Notes under the pieces: model-generated | The model's input: the letters and a program-made list of their open reading frames with translations, nothing else | Database searches by the model: none | Told to the model about the DNA's origin: nothing | Assembly: GCA_947473125.1 (NCBI GenBank) | Contig: CANJDH010000003.1 | Span: forward strand, 3,427-67,426 | Source: Burkholderiales bacterium | GTDB taxonomy: Bacteria > Pseudomonadota > Gammaproteobacteria > Burkholderiales > JAEUOS01 | Length of the DNA: 64,000 nucleotides | Reading direction: 5' to 3' | Made by a program: the position numbers and the translations under genes | Shown: positions 34,221 to 43,404 of the stretch, in pieces | How positions within the stretch are numbered: position 1 is the stretch's first letter | Layout: each line of letters opens with the position of its first letter

Positions 34221-34997
34221 TCAGGAAAACATCAGCGCCGTGAGGATAAAGTCCAGGGCCAGCACCGTCAATGACGAGGAAACAACAGTGCGCGTGGTGG
34301 CGTGTGAAACGCCTTCCGGGGTTGGCTGACAAGCATACCCCTCAAACACCGCGATAAACGTGACGGCGATCCCAAAAACAACGCTTTTGATCACGCCGTT
34401 CCCGACGTCTTCAAGCCAATCCACGCCATTTTGCATTTGGCTCCAGAACGCGCCGTCATCGACGCCAATCAACATGACGCCGACAATGTAGCCCCCGAAT
34501 ACGCCTACCGCAGAGAACATGGCCGCCAGCATCGGCATCGACACCACGCCAGCCCAGAAGCGCGGTGCCAACACGCGGGCGATCGGTGAAACCGCCATCA
34601 TGTCCATCGCCGCGAGTTGTTCGCCTGCCTTCATCAGCCCGATCTCGGCCGTGATCGACGTGCCGGCGCGTCCGGCGAAGAGCAGCGCAGTAATCACGGG
34701 CCCGAGCTCGCGCACCAGCGACAGGGCCACCAGCAAGCCCAAGGCCTGTTCTGACCCATACCGTTGCAGAGTGTTGTACCCCTGCAAGCCAAGTACAAAA
34801 CCGACAAAGAGCCCGGAGATGACAATGATGACCAGTGAATAGTTGCCGATGAAATGAATCTGTGCAATCGTCAACTGCAAACGACGAAATGCTATGCCGG
34901 AATGCACCAACAGCTGGCCGAACAAGCGGGCACCGAAACCAAGTTTTGCCACGCCATCAACAATCCATCGGCCCAAGGCCTGCAGGATCCCCGTCAT
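34221..34997 (-). CDS. mlaE: Mla ABC permease
   Basis: LVRELGPV, AEIGLMK and ATTRTVV. Confidence 0.97.
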   Translation of the reverse strand: MTGILQALGRWIVDGVAKLGFGARLFGQLLVHSGIAFRRLQLTIAQIHFIGNYSLVIIVISGLFVGFVLGLQGYNTLQRYGSEQALGLLVALSLVRELGPVITALLFAGRAGTSITAEIGLMKAGEQLAAMDMMAVSPIARVLAPRFWAGVVSMPMLAAMFSAVGVFGGYIVGVMLIGVDDGAFWSQMQNGVDWLEDVGNGVIKSVVFGIAVTFIAVFEGYACQPTPEGVSHATTRTVVSSSLTVLALDFILTALMFS

Positions 34998-35830
34998 GGC
35001 GAGGTCACCTGTCCCAACCCGAGGTCCCTGGCGTAATCGGGCGCCGGGTAGTGAAAGCGGACCGGGCCGTCTGGTGCTCCCGAAATAAATTGACGCACGT
35101 AAGGCAAATCGGAGGCACGGATCTCATCGGGGGTACCCTGAGCGACGATTTTTCCTTCCGCAAGGAAATAGACGTAATCCACGATCGACAGGGACTCCTC
35201 CACATCGTGGGTAACGATGATGGAGGTCGCTCCCAAGGCAGCATTCAGTCGCCGAATCAGGTTCGCGGTGACACCAAGGGAAATCGGATCCAGCCCTGCA
35301 AAAGGCTCGTCATACATGATCAGTTCCGGATCAAGGGCAATGGCGCGCGCCAGTGCCACGCGGCGCGCCATTCCGCCGGAAATCTCTGACGGCATCAGTG
35401 CCGCCGCACCGCGCAAACCGACAGCGTTCAGCTTGAGTAGCACAAGGTCGCGTATTGAGGCCTCTGCAAGCCGGGTATGTTCGCGCAGCGGGAACGCGAC
35501 ATTGTCAAACACTGACATGTCGGTAAACAGCGCGCCGAACTGAAACAGCATCCCCATGCGGCGGCGCAATGCGAACAACTCACTGTGTCCCAATGTCGGC
35601 ACTTCGAGGCCACCAACCTGGACCGAGCCCGATTGCGGCCGGATTTGGCCGCCCAAGAGCCGCAAAATGGTGGTTTTGCCACTACCCGACCCGCCCATCA
35701 ATGCGACCAGTGACCCCTTTGGAAGCTTCAAGTCGACCCCGTCCAGAATGAGGCGGCCCACGGTTCCCGACAGGGTCGGGTAGCCGAAAGATACGGATTG
35801 AAGCGCAACAAATTCTTGGTCGACTGGCAC
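34994..35830 (-). CDS. mlaF: Mla ABC ATP-binding protein
   Basis: GGSGSGKT, MLFQFGALF, ISGGMARR and YDEPFAG; start tentatively GTG 35830. Confidence 0.95.
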   Translation of the reverse strand: MPVDQEFVALQSVSFGYPTLSGTVGRLILDGVDLKLPKGSLVALMGGSGSGKTTILRLLGGQIRPQSGSVQVGGLEVPTLGHSELFALRRRMGMLFQFGALFTDMSVFDNVAFPLREHTRLAEASIRDLVLLKLNAVGLRGAAALMPSEISGGMARRVALARAIALDPELIMYDEPFAGLDPISLGVTANLIRRLNAALGATSIIVTHDVEESLSIVDYVYFLAEGKIVAQGTPDEIRASDLPYVRQFISGAPDGPVRFHYPAPDYARDLGLGQVTSP

Positions 35831-35974
35831 GGTTGCTGTGGCTTTGCCCAATATTGTGCCGTAGGTCCGGCAATTGATAATTTTATCAGCATGTGCCGTG
35901 CGCCTCCGGCTCCCGTGAAGCGCTAACTGACCGCAACTCTCACAAAGAGGTACCTGCGGTATAGTCCGGCCATT

Positions 35975-36715
35975 ATGCACTCCTTTGCCCTTCATTTTGA
36001 CCAGGTGTCCAAGCGCTATGGGCATGGGCCGATGATTCTTGACCGCGTATCGTTTGACGTGAAACCCGGCGAATTCTTTGGTTTGGCTGGGGTTAATGGT
36101 GCCGGCAAGACCTCGCTCATCAAGTGCATGCTGGACCTTGCCGATTTTCCGTTCGGTCAGATTTCGATCTTCGGCACCTCAAGCCGTCGCTTCGAGGCGC
36201 GTCGGCGGCTTGCATTTCTACCCGAGCGTTTCATGCCCCCGCACTACCTCACGGGCCGCGATTTTTTGCGCATGACTGCAGAACTGCATCAGCGCGCATA
36301 CGACGAAACCGCCTCATTGGGCATGTGCGAGCGACTTGACTTGACGCACGACGCCATGAATCGACCTGTGCGTGCCTTCTCCAAAGGCATGACCCAAAAA
36401 TTGGGCTTGGCTGCTGCGTTTCTTGCGGGGTCAGAATTACTGGTGCTCGATGAACCGATGAGCGGCCTTGACCCCAAGGCGCGAGCACTCGTCAAGGATC
36501 AATTGTTTGCGCTGCGTGATGCCGGTCGAACGCTTTTTTTTACATCGCATCAGCTCGCGGATGTGGAGGAAATATGCGACCGGATTGCCGTATTGCACGA
36601 AGGGCGCGTCGCGTTCGCAGGAGCTCCCAAAGCATTGCTCGACAGCACGGGGGTGGCCACCCTTGAGCGCGCCTTCTTGCACGCCATTGAGTCGACGTCG
36701 CGCAATCCCACATGA
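35975..36715 (+). CDS. ABC transporter ATP-binding protein (PilH-like in the Myxococcus sense), first gene of the filament locus
   Basis: GVNGAGKTS, FSKGMTQK, LDEPMSGLDP and TSH motifs; no adjacent permease. Confidence 0.88.
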   Translation: MHSFALHFDQVSKRYGHGPMILDRVSFDVKPGEFFGLAGVNGAGKTSLIKCMLDLADFPFGQISIFGTSSRRFEARRRLAFLPERFMPPHYLTGRDFLRMTAELHQRAYDETASLGMCERLDLTHDAMNRPVRAFSKGMTQKLGLAAAFLAGSELLVLDEPMSGLDPKARALVKDQLFALRDAGRTLFFTSHQLADVEEICDRIAVLHEGRVAFAGAPKALLDSTGVATLERAFLHAIESTSRNPT

Positions 36716-38163
36716 GTGCGCCCCCCCCCTCACAGGCGAGCCTGCCAGTATTGCTTTTGGTCGATGATGATCAATTGATCGTTGACACCCTGTCGATCGT
36801 CTTGGGCCGCGACTTCGAAGTGGTCTCGGCATCAACGAGACTGGCCGCCATCGAGTGCATGCGCGCGCTCCCAGCTCCGCCTCCCCTGGCGTTGATCGAC
36901 CTCGGGTTGCCACCGGCGCAGCACGAGCCGGACGAAGGTTACGCACTCATCAGCGCCCTGTTGTCCCATTCGCCGACGACCAAGATCATCGTACTATCGG
37001 GCCAAGCGGAGGCTGCGGCGGGTCGCCACGCCCGCGCATTGGGCGCCACTGAATTCGTGCCCAAGCCAGCCAATCCGCAGCGCCTTAAGCAATTGCTGCT
37101 GGACGCCCTCAAGGCACGCGAGGCGGAGTCCAATGATCACGTGCAACACTCCAGCCCGAGGTTTGACCCGCTTGACGTTCTCATCGGCACATCAGCGCCC
37201 ATGGTAGCGCTCAAGACACAGATCTCGCTTTACGCGGATTCGCCCTTCCCCGTATTGATAGAGGGTGAATCGGGAAGCGGCAAGGAAGTGGCGGCTTCTT
37301 GCGTGCACGCCAAAGGCGGGCGAAGCCTGAAACCATATTTCGCACTCAACTGTGCGGCCATCTCGCCCACGCTGATGGAGCCAACGCTATTTGGCTATTC
37401 CAAAGGAGCGTTCACCGGCGCCCAGTCCAACAAGGCGGGCTACTTCGAAGATGCCGGCGACGGCACATTGTTCCTTGACGAAATCGGTGAACTGCCGCTG
37501 GCACTTCAGGCAAAATTGCTGCGCGTGCTCGAGAACGGCGAGTTCAACCGGGTTGGCGAAACCCAGGTTCGCAAATCGCAAGCTCGCATTGTGGCCGCCA
37601 CCAACCGCGATTTGCGAGCGGAATGCAAGAACGGGACATTCCGAACCGACCTCTATCATCGGCTCTCGGTCTTCACGATGCGCGTGCCTGCCTTGCGCGA
37701 CCTGGGGTCGGATCGGCTGTTCTTGCTGGACCATTTCAGGCGGTTCTATTCGGAATCCACCGGTGCGGCGCCATTCAGGCTTACCGCAGCCGCCGAGGCC
37801 TTGTGGCTGGAATATCCCTTCTTCGGCAACGTCCGCGAATTGCGCAACGTCACCATCAGACTCGTGACAAAATTCGCGGGACGTGACGTAGACGCCGTTG
37901 AACTTGAGCTTGAATTCGACCCGAGCGCAATGCCCGAACCCGACAAAGTCCCGGTCAATGACGCCATGGACGACATTGCCATGCGCGAACTGGCGCGAGG
38001 TAACGGATTTTTCCTTGGCAGCACTCTCGAGGCTTGGGAGCGCGCCTACATTCACGCGGCCATGAAGCTTGCAAACGGAAATGTCAGTCAGGCCGCACGC
38101 GCCCTCGGCCTCAATCGAACGACACTATATTCGCGCATGAGTGTTCTGGAAAAACTGCGCTAA
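36712..38163 (+). CDS. sigma54-dependent response regulator (REC-AAA+-Fis HTH), PrsR/PilR-like
   Basis: LLVDDD, IDLGLPP, GESGSGKE, GAFTGA, FLDEIGE and C-terminal NVSQAARALGLNRTTLY. Confidence 0.93.
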   Translation: MSAPPPSQASLPVLLLVDDDQLIVDTLSIVLGRDFEVVSASTRLAAIECMRALPAPPPLALIDLGLPPAQHEPDEGYALISALLSHSPTTKIIVLSGQAEAAAGRHARALGATEFVPKPANPQRLKQLLLDALKAREAESNDHVQHSSPRFDPLDVLIGTSAPMVALKTQISLYADSPFPVLIEGESGSGKEVAASCVHAKGGRSLKPYFALNCAAISPTLMEPTLFGYSKGAFTGAQSNKAGYFEDAGDGTLFLDEIGELPLALQAKLLRVLENGEFNRVGETQVRKSQARIVAATNRDLRAECKNGTFRTDLYHRLSVFTMRVPALRDLGSDRLFLLDHFRRFYSESTGAAPFRLTAAAEALWLEYPFFGNVRELRNVTIRLVTKFAGRDVDAVELELEFDPSAMPEPDKVPVNDAMDDIAMRELARGNGFFLGSTLEAWERAYIHAAMKLANGNVSQAARALGLNRTTLYSRMSVLEKLR

Positions 38164-38173
38164 GGCCATCGAC

Positions 38174-39715
38174 ATGTATCTTGATCACTTCGGCCTGCTC
38201 GAGCCGCCATTCCGAATTACGCCCCACACCGACTTCTTTTTTTCGGGTGCAAATCGCGGCGCGACGCTGGAGGCCTTGCTTTACGCGATCACACACGATG
38301 AAGGCATCGTCAAGGTTACCGGCGAAGTCGGTTCCGGAAAGACCATGCTGTGCCGGGTTCTGATCGAGCGTTTGCCCGCTGAAGTCGAGACGGTGTACCT
38401 GGCGAACCCGTCCCTCGAGCGCGAAGAGATCCTGCAAGCGGTTCTCGACGACCTCAAGTTTACGGCACCCGCGGAGCAGAGGGCCAACCAATTGCTGCGC
38501 ACGTTGCAGGAACACCTGATTGGCCTGTATGGCGCCGGAAAGCGCGTGGTGCTGCTGATTGACGAAGCGCACGCGATGCCGCCGGAGACTCTGGAGCAGA
38601 TCAGACTCTTGTCAAACCTCGAATCAAACCGGCACAAGCTGTTGCAAATCGCTTTGTTCGGCCAACAGGAGCTCGATGATCACCTCGGTACAACGCTGCT
38701 TCGCCCGTTGCGCGAACGCGTGACCCATAGCTTTCGACTCGAGCCCTTGGTGCACGCCGACGTCGGTCAGTATCTGATGTTCCGCATGCGCCAAGCCGGA
38801 TACAAGGGCCCGGACCTGTTCGATCAAGGGGCGCTAAAGCTGATCGCCAAGTCTTCGGAAGGGCTGACCCGCAGACTCAATATCCTGGCCGACAAATGTC
38901 TCCTTGCGGCATTTGCCGAGGGCGAGCACGGCATCACGCGAAAGCATGCGCTGGCCGCAATCAGTGATTCTGGTTTTGCGCCGCTTGGTCCGCGCGGTGC
39001 CGGATTCCTACCATCCTTGCGCAAGCAGTGGGCCCTGATGTTGGCAGCTGTCGTCATCATGGCCGGTGGGATCGGAATGATGTTGTATGCCCTCGCCTTG
39101 ATCCGGGGCGATGTGGTTGCAGGGACAAAATCTCCCTCTGCGGGTTACGTCGCAGCGTCTGGTCCGCTCCAGCCGTCGGACGCGCGACCCAAGGCCCCGC
39201 CGGCAGTAGCGGACTCCTCCGCCACATCAACGGGAGCGGCAGTGGTCGCGCAGGCAATCGGGCCCGGCACGCAGTTGCCACAGGTTTCCACGACAGTCGC
39301 ATCGTCTAACTCAACCCTCGCCGAACAATCGCCGAAGCCAGCCGCCCCCTCCCCCCAGCCGACTCCACGTGTAAGCGCTCCTTTCCCGTCTGCCACGACA
39401 GCGAACGAACAGTTGAGCAATGACGGGGTTAGAGTCGCCACTGCCAAAACGCCCCTGGCCGCGGGCAGGCAGGAAAAATCGAGGGCCATACCCCTCCCCG
39501 AACCGTTGTTTTCTGCCAACATTGCTTCAAAGGGCCAACGCCCCGTGCCGCGGCCCAAACCAAGGTATTCGGCCGCGACGCGGGCCGCCCCGGCCCGGCC
39601 CGTTCTGCAAGTGGCGGCGCCTCTCACAAGAACCTCGTCTCGCCCGGCCGAGCCAGCATCGCCCGCCCTCCCCGAGTTGCCTTTGGACGGCCGCACTCCG
39701 TCGCGCGACGATTAA
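38174..39715 (+). CDS. ExeA/GspA/MshM-like AAA ATPase with TM helix and Pro/Ala/Ser-rich tail
   Basis: MYLDHFGL..PF.ITP, GEVGSGKT, LIDEAH and LFGQQEL; TM near residue 290; start ATG 38174. Confidence 0.88.
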   Translation: MYLDHFGLLEPPFRITPHTDFFFSGANRGATLEALLYAITHDEGIVKVTGEVGSGKTMLCRVLIERLPAEVETVYLANPSLEREEILQAVLDDLKFTAPAEQRANQLLRTLQEHLIGLYGAGKRVVLLIDEAHAMPPETLEQIRLLSNLESNRHKLLQIALFGQQELDDHLGTTLLRPLRERVTHSFRLEPLVHADVGQYLMFRMRQAGYKGPDLFDQGALKLIAKSSEGLTRRLNILADKCLLAAFAEGEHGITRKHALAAISDSGFAPLGPRGAGFLPSLRKQWALMLAAVVIMAGGIGMMLYALALIRGDVVAGTKSPSAGYVAASGPLQPSDARPKAPPAVADSSATSTGAAVVAQAIGPGTQLPQVSTTVASSNSTLAEQSPKPAAPSPQPTPRVSAPFPSATTANEQLSNDGVRVATAKTPLAAGRQEKSRAIPLPEPLFSANIASKGQRPVPRPKPRYSAATRAAPARPVLQVAAPLTRTSSRPAEPASPALPELPLDGRTPSRDD

Positions 39716-39832
39716 CATTCCATAACCCAACCAGAAAATTGTTCATTTCTGTTAGTTATCAAGCACTCCGTCGTGCGACGATTAACACTCCATAACCCAA
39801 CCAGAAAATTGTTAATTTCTGTTAGTTATCAA
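39693..39832. repeat. 70-bp tandem duplication (2 copies, 3 mismatches)
   Basis: 39693-39762 vs 39763-39832: GCACTCCGTCG(C/T)GCGACGATTAACA(T/C)TCCATAACCCAACCAGAAAATTGTT(C/A)ATTTCTGTTAGTTATCAA. Confidence 0.97.
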
Positions 39833-39898
39833 TAATATGCCTCGGCATTTGCATGTCGATACCGGCATTATGCTTCCTGTGCTATTCTCAGACACTAA

Positions 39899-41938
39899 AT
39901 GCGCCCTGAATTGACACCCATCGGCCCCAATCCTGCGGCCCCGGCACGACTGCATAGCGAAGGTGGCGGCAGATGGGTACTGCTCGCCACCTTGTTTGCA
40001 TTGTGCGTTCAGGGTTGTGCGCCTGCGCCGATCAAGCCGTCAGTACAGCATGTGGCGCGAGAGAATGCGCCGGTGCAGACCCCGGGCGACATTCCCCCGC
40101 CCGTGCTTTCGTTACCCCTCCCGCCACCGCCGCAAGCAACACCTCGCCAGGAAACCTACAGCGTAGTGGTCAACGAGGTTCCGGTTCGCGACCTCCTGTT
40201 TGCGCTTGCCAGGGATGCCAAGATCAATGTAGACGTCCACCCCTCGATTTCAGGAAATGTGACGCTGAATGCCATCAACCAGACGCTCCCACAACTGCTT
40301 TCGCGGATGTCGAAGCAAATAGAGTTGCGCTGGGAAATGAACGGCGCAAACCTTTCGATTTTGCCTGACTCGCCGTTCATGGCCTCGTACACGGTTGATT
40401 ACGTCAACATGACGCGCTCTGCGGCAACCAACGTCAACGTTGCGACCCAAATCAGCACCACGGGTGCCGGCGGCGGCGGCGGTTCAGGCAACAACAACTC
40501 GTCGACCGCCCTTACCAGCAATAGCGCCAATTTCTTCTGGGAATCACTGGCGCAAAATATTTGCAACATTGTGGTCACGACGCGATCCATCTCGCGCCAG
40601 GAACGTGCCGATCAGCAACAGGCACGAGATCGCGATTTCGACAACCGCCTCAATATCGCGCGTCAACTCGCTTCAGCAGGCTCCGGCGCCCCGCAATTGA
40701 TGCAGCAAGTCACCGGGGCGGCAGGCGCGGCAGGCGGCTCCACTGCGGCGCCAAGCGTGAACTGTGCCCAAACCGGCTACAACCTTGCGCAGAGCGCGAC
40801 CGGCACTGCCGCTGCCGCTGCAGCCGGCGCCGCAAACCCGGTGATCAGCAATCGGGAAGCCGGCATCATCATGGTGTTTGCGACGCAACGGCAGCATGAA
40901 CGCGTGCGCGAATTCATTGATCGCGTCGTCTCAAGCGCGCGACGCCAGGTGTTGATCGAGGTTACCGTCGTGGAAGTCCAGCTGTCCAGCCAGTATCAAC
41001 AGGGTATCAACTGGCAGCGTCTGAGAACCACCAACAATGGATTCTCGATTACCCAGCAACCATCAGGCGCGCTTCCAGGCGGTGCCGCCGCTGCCGGCAC
41101 CGGATTTACCGGTGCCCAGCCTAATCCGATCACGCCATTGCTCGGAAGCGTCGGCAGCACGGGCCTGTTTCAGGTTTCTTACGTCAACTCGGGGTCTGCA
41201 CTGGGCAACATTGCGGCTGCGCTTTCCCTGCTCGAGTCGTACGGCAACATCAAAGTACTCTCGAGCCCGAAGATGTCAGTGCTGAACAATCAAACCGCAA
41301 TGCTGAAGGTAGTGGACAACCTGGTGTATTTCACCGTAAGTGGCACCTCCACTCCCGCGACCGCTACCACCGCAGCCACCAATTCGTTTACGACAACTGC
41401 ACAGTCGGTGGCGGTCGGGTTTGTCATGTCCGTGACGCCACAAATCGACGACACCGATCAAGTCACGATCAACGTACGTCCTTCGCTGTCGCGCGTGGTC
41501 AGTACGGTGCAGGATCCCAATCCGTCCCTGGTCCGTGCGAACGGCACCACCATCGTCAATGCAGTGCCGCAGATTCAGACCCGTGAAATGGAGTCGATCC
41601 TCAAGATTCCCAACAATCAGGTCGCGATCATGGGTGGATTGATGCAGGACAACTCCAACCGGGGGGTCGACGGTGTTCCCGGCTTATCGCGCATCCCTGT
41701 GGCAGGCGAGTTGTTCAATTACCGCAATGAAGTGTCGAGCAAGTCCGAATTGGTGATCTTCCTGCGCCCGATCGTCATCAAGGACCCTTCGCTTGAAGGC
41801 GACTTCCAGAAGTTTCGTGATTTTCTGCCCAGCCAGGATTTTTTCAGCAAGCCCAATCCGATGCAACCAGCCCCGTTTGACCTGGGACGCAACACCAGCA
41901 ACGCGGACTCGGATCAGGGTTCCGCGAAAAGGCAATGA
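39899..41938 (+). CDS. secretin, MshL-like lipoprotein
   Basis: Lipobox VQGC; YSVVVNEVPVRDLLFALARDA, RQVLIEVTVVEV, LSSPK..VLNNQ, VPGLSRIP and KSELVIFLRP. Confidence 0.9.
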   Translation: MRPELTPIGPNPAAPARLHSEGGGRWVLLATLFALCVQGCAPAPIKPSVQHVARENAPVQTPGDIPPPVLSLPLPPPPQATPRQETYSVVVNEVPVRDLLFALARDAKINVDVHPSISGNVTLNAINQTLPQLLSRMSKQIELRWEMNGANLSILPDSPFMASYTVDYVNMTRSAATNVNVATQISTTGAGGGGGSGNNNSSTALTSNSANFFWESLAQNICNIVVTTRSISRQERADQQQARDRDFDNRLNIARQLASAGSGAPQLMQQVTGAAGAAGGSTAAPSVNCAQTGYNLAQSATGTAAAAAAGAANPVISNREAGIIMVFATQRQHERVREFIDRVVSSARRQVLIEVTVVEVQLSSQYQQGINWQRLRTTNNGFSITQQPSGALPGGAAAAGTGFTGAQPNPITPLLGSVGSTGLFQVSYVNSGSALGNIAAALSLLESYGNIKVLSSPKMSVLNNQTAMLKVVDNLVYFTVSGTSTPATATTAATNSFTTTAQSVAVGFVMSVTPQIDDTDQVTINVRPSLSRVVSTVQDPNPSLVRANGTTIVNAVPQIQTREMESILKIPNNQVAIMGGLMQDNSNRGVDGVPGLSRIPVAGELFNYRNEVSSKSELVIFLRPIVIKDPSLEGDFQKFRDFLPSQDFFSKPNPMQPAPFDLGRNTSNADSDQGSAKRQ

Positions 41939-41954
41939 CTGAAGGAGCACCCGC

Positions 41955-43382
41955 ATGAGTCTCCTGATGAATGCGCTGAAGAAGGCGGAAAAGGCCAAAC
42001 AGTCCGGCCAACCCGGAGCGGAGACGGCTGCAGGAACGGAGTCGAATCGCAACTTAGCCCAGGAGTTGGGGTTGGATCCGCCGTCGGGTCACGGCACTGC
42101 CTCCGGGGTCGCGGCGTCGCCAGCATTGGCAAGCGCTAGCGAGCCATCCTTGGTTCCGTTGAAGGAAATGGAACTTGCGCTTGCGCCAGAACTTGACTCG
42201 CCGGCGCCACCTCTCGCTGAAGCCGCAGTTCGCGCCCCTGGACGGGCAGCATCGCGCCCAACTGGCAGCACGGATCGGGGCAGCGCGCGTGCCGTCTTTT
42301 CCGCAAAAAATGCGCCCAAGGTCAATTCGAAGAAGCCGTTTTACACGCTCGTCGGCGTTTCGCTGGTTGCCACTGTCGGCTATGGTGTCTACCTGTGGAT
42401 GCAGGTGTCCCTTCCGGCGCGGCCGATCACCGCAGCGGCAGCACCCGTCCCAGCGTCACCCGCCAGCCCGCCGCCGAGCGGAAAAAGTACTGCCGGTACT
42501 GAACCGCTCTCACCAGCACCACTCGGGACCGGATCGGGAATCGCCTTTTCCGAACCTTCGGCCGCCGCCCCCCCCCCCCAGCTACCGAAAGGCAGTGATG
42601 GGGATGGCCCAGCGCCTGCTCAGAACGGTACCACCGCACGCGGCGGAGAACAGAATGCGGAGCGTCCTGCATCGGTTGCGGTACGGCGTGCGCCCAGAGG
42701 GCAGCGCGACGCGGCCAGCGCCGTCGGGGGCGCGGGTATCGAGAGTCCCGCCAGTCTGCGTATTGCGCGCAACACGAGCGTCGCCACGGTGAACCCGGAT
42801 GTCCTTGCGGGCTACACGGCGCTTCAGGCTGGTGATCTCGATCGCGCCGGGCAGGCATATGATCGCGCGCTGCGCAGCGAACCCTCCAATCGCGACGCGA
42901 TGCTCGGTGCTGCAACCGTGCTTTTGCGGCTGGAGCGCACCGATGCTGCAGAAGCCTATTTCCGCCAATTGCTGCGCCTTCATCCGAATGACACCTACGC
43001 GACGGCGCAGCTCGCCGCGTTGACGGCGCGGGGCGATCCGATCGGCGCTTTAAGCCAGGTCAATTCGCTGATTGCGCGCGAGACGGAACGCTCGGAGAGT
43101 GCGTCCGGCAGTGGCGCCCTTGCCTTCGTGCAGGGCAACCAGCTTGCGGCGCAGAGCCGATGGCCCGAAGCCCAGCAGGCCTATTTCAACGCACATCGGG
43201 CCGATCCCGGCAACGCTGACTATTGCTACAACCTCGCGATCAGCCTTGATCGCATCCGCGAACCCCGGCTTGCCCGGGATTTCTATCGGAAAGCGATTGA
43301 GTTGTCTCGGGGTCGGGTGGCCGGATTCGACTTGGCGCGAGCGCAACTGCGCCTCAACCAAATCGAAGGTTCTCTAAAATGA
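41955..43382 (+). CDS. membrane-anchored TPR protein (GspB/MshN-like architecture)
   Basis: N-terminal MSLLMNALKKAE, TM near residue 130, Pro-rich linker and C-terminal TPRs (AYDRAL, YCYNLAISLD). Confidence 0.75.
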   Translation: MSLLMNALKKAEKAKQSGQPGAETAAGTESNRNLAQELGLDPPSGHGTASGVAASPALASASEPSLVPLKEMELALAPELDSPAPPLAEAAVRAPGRAASRPTGSTDRGSARAVFSAKNAPKVNSKKPFYTLVGVSLVATVGYGVYLWMQVSLPARPITAAAAPVPASPASPPPSGKSTAGTEPLSPAPLGTGSGIAFSEPSAAAPPPQLPKGSDGDGPAPAQNGTTARGGEQNAERPASVAVRRAPRGQRDAASAVGGAGIESPASLRIARNTSVATVNPDVLAGYTALQAGDLDRAGQAYDRALRSEPSNRDAMLGAATVLLRLERTDAAEAYFRQLLRLHPNDTYATAQLAALTARGDPIGALSQVNSLIARETERSESASGSGALAFVQGNQLAAQSRWPEAQQAYFNAHRADPGNADYCYNLAISLDRIREPRLARDFYRKAIELSRGRVAGFDLARAQLRLNQIEGSLK

Positions 43383-43404
43383 GCTGGAACGCAATCGACC
43401 GCGC

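Noticed and set aside
39693-39832. 70-bp repeat as a CRISPR array
   Set aside because: The two copies are directly adjacent with no spacer, and there are no cas genes.
39843-39878. CGGCA...TGC motifs upstream of the secretin as a possible sigma54 site
   Set aside because: No GG-N10-GC match; an extended -10 (TGcTATTCT near 39880) is more plausible but too weak to list.
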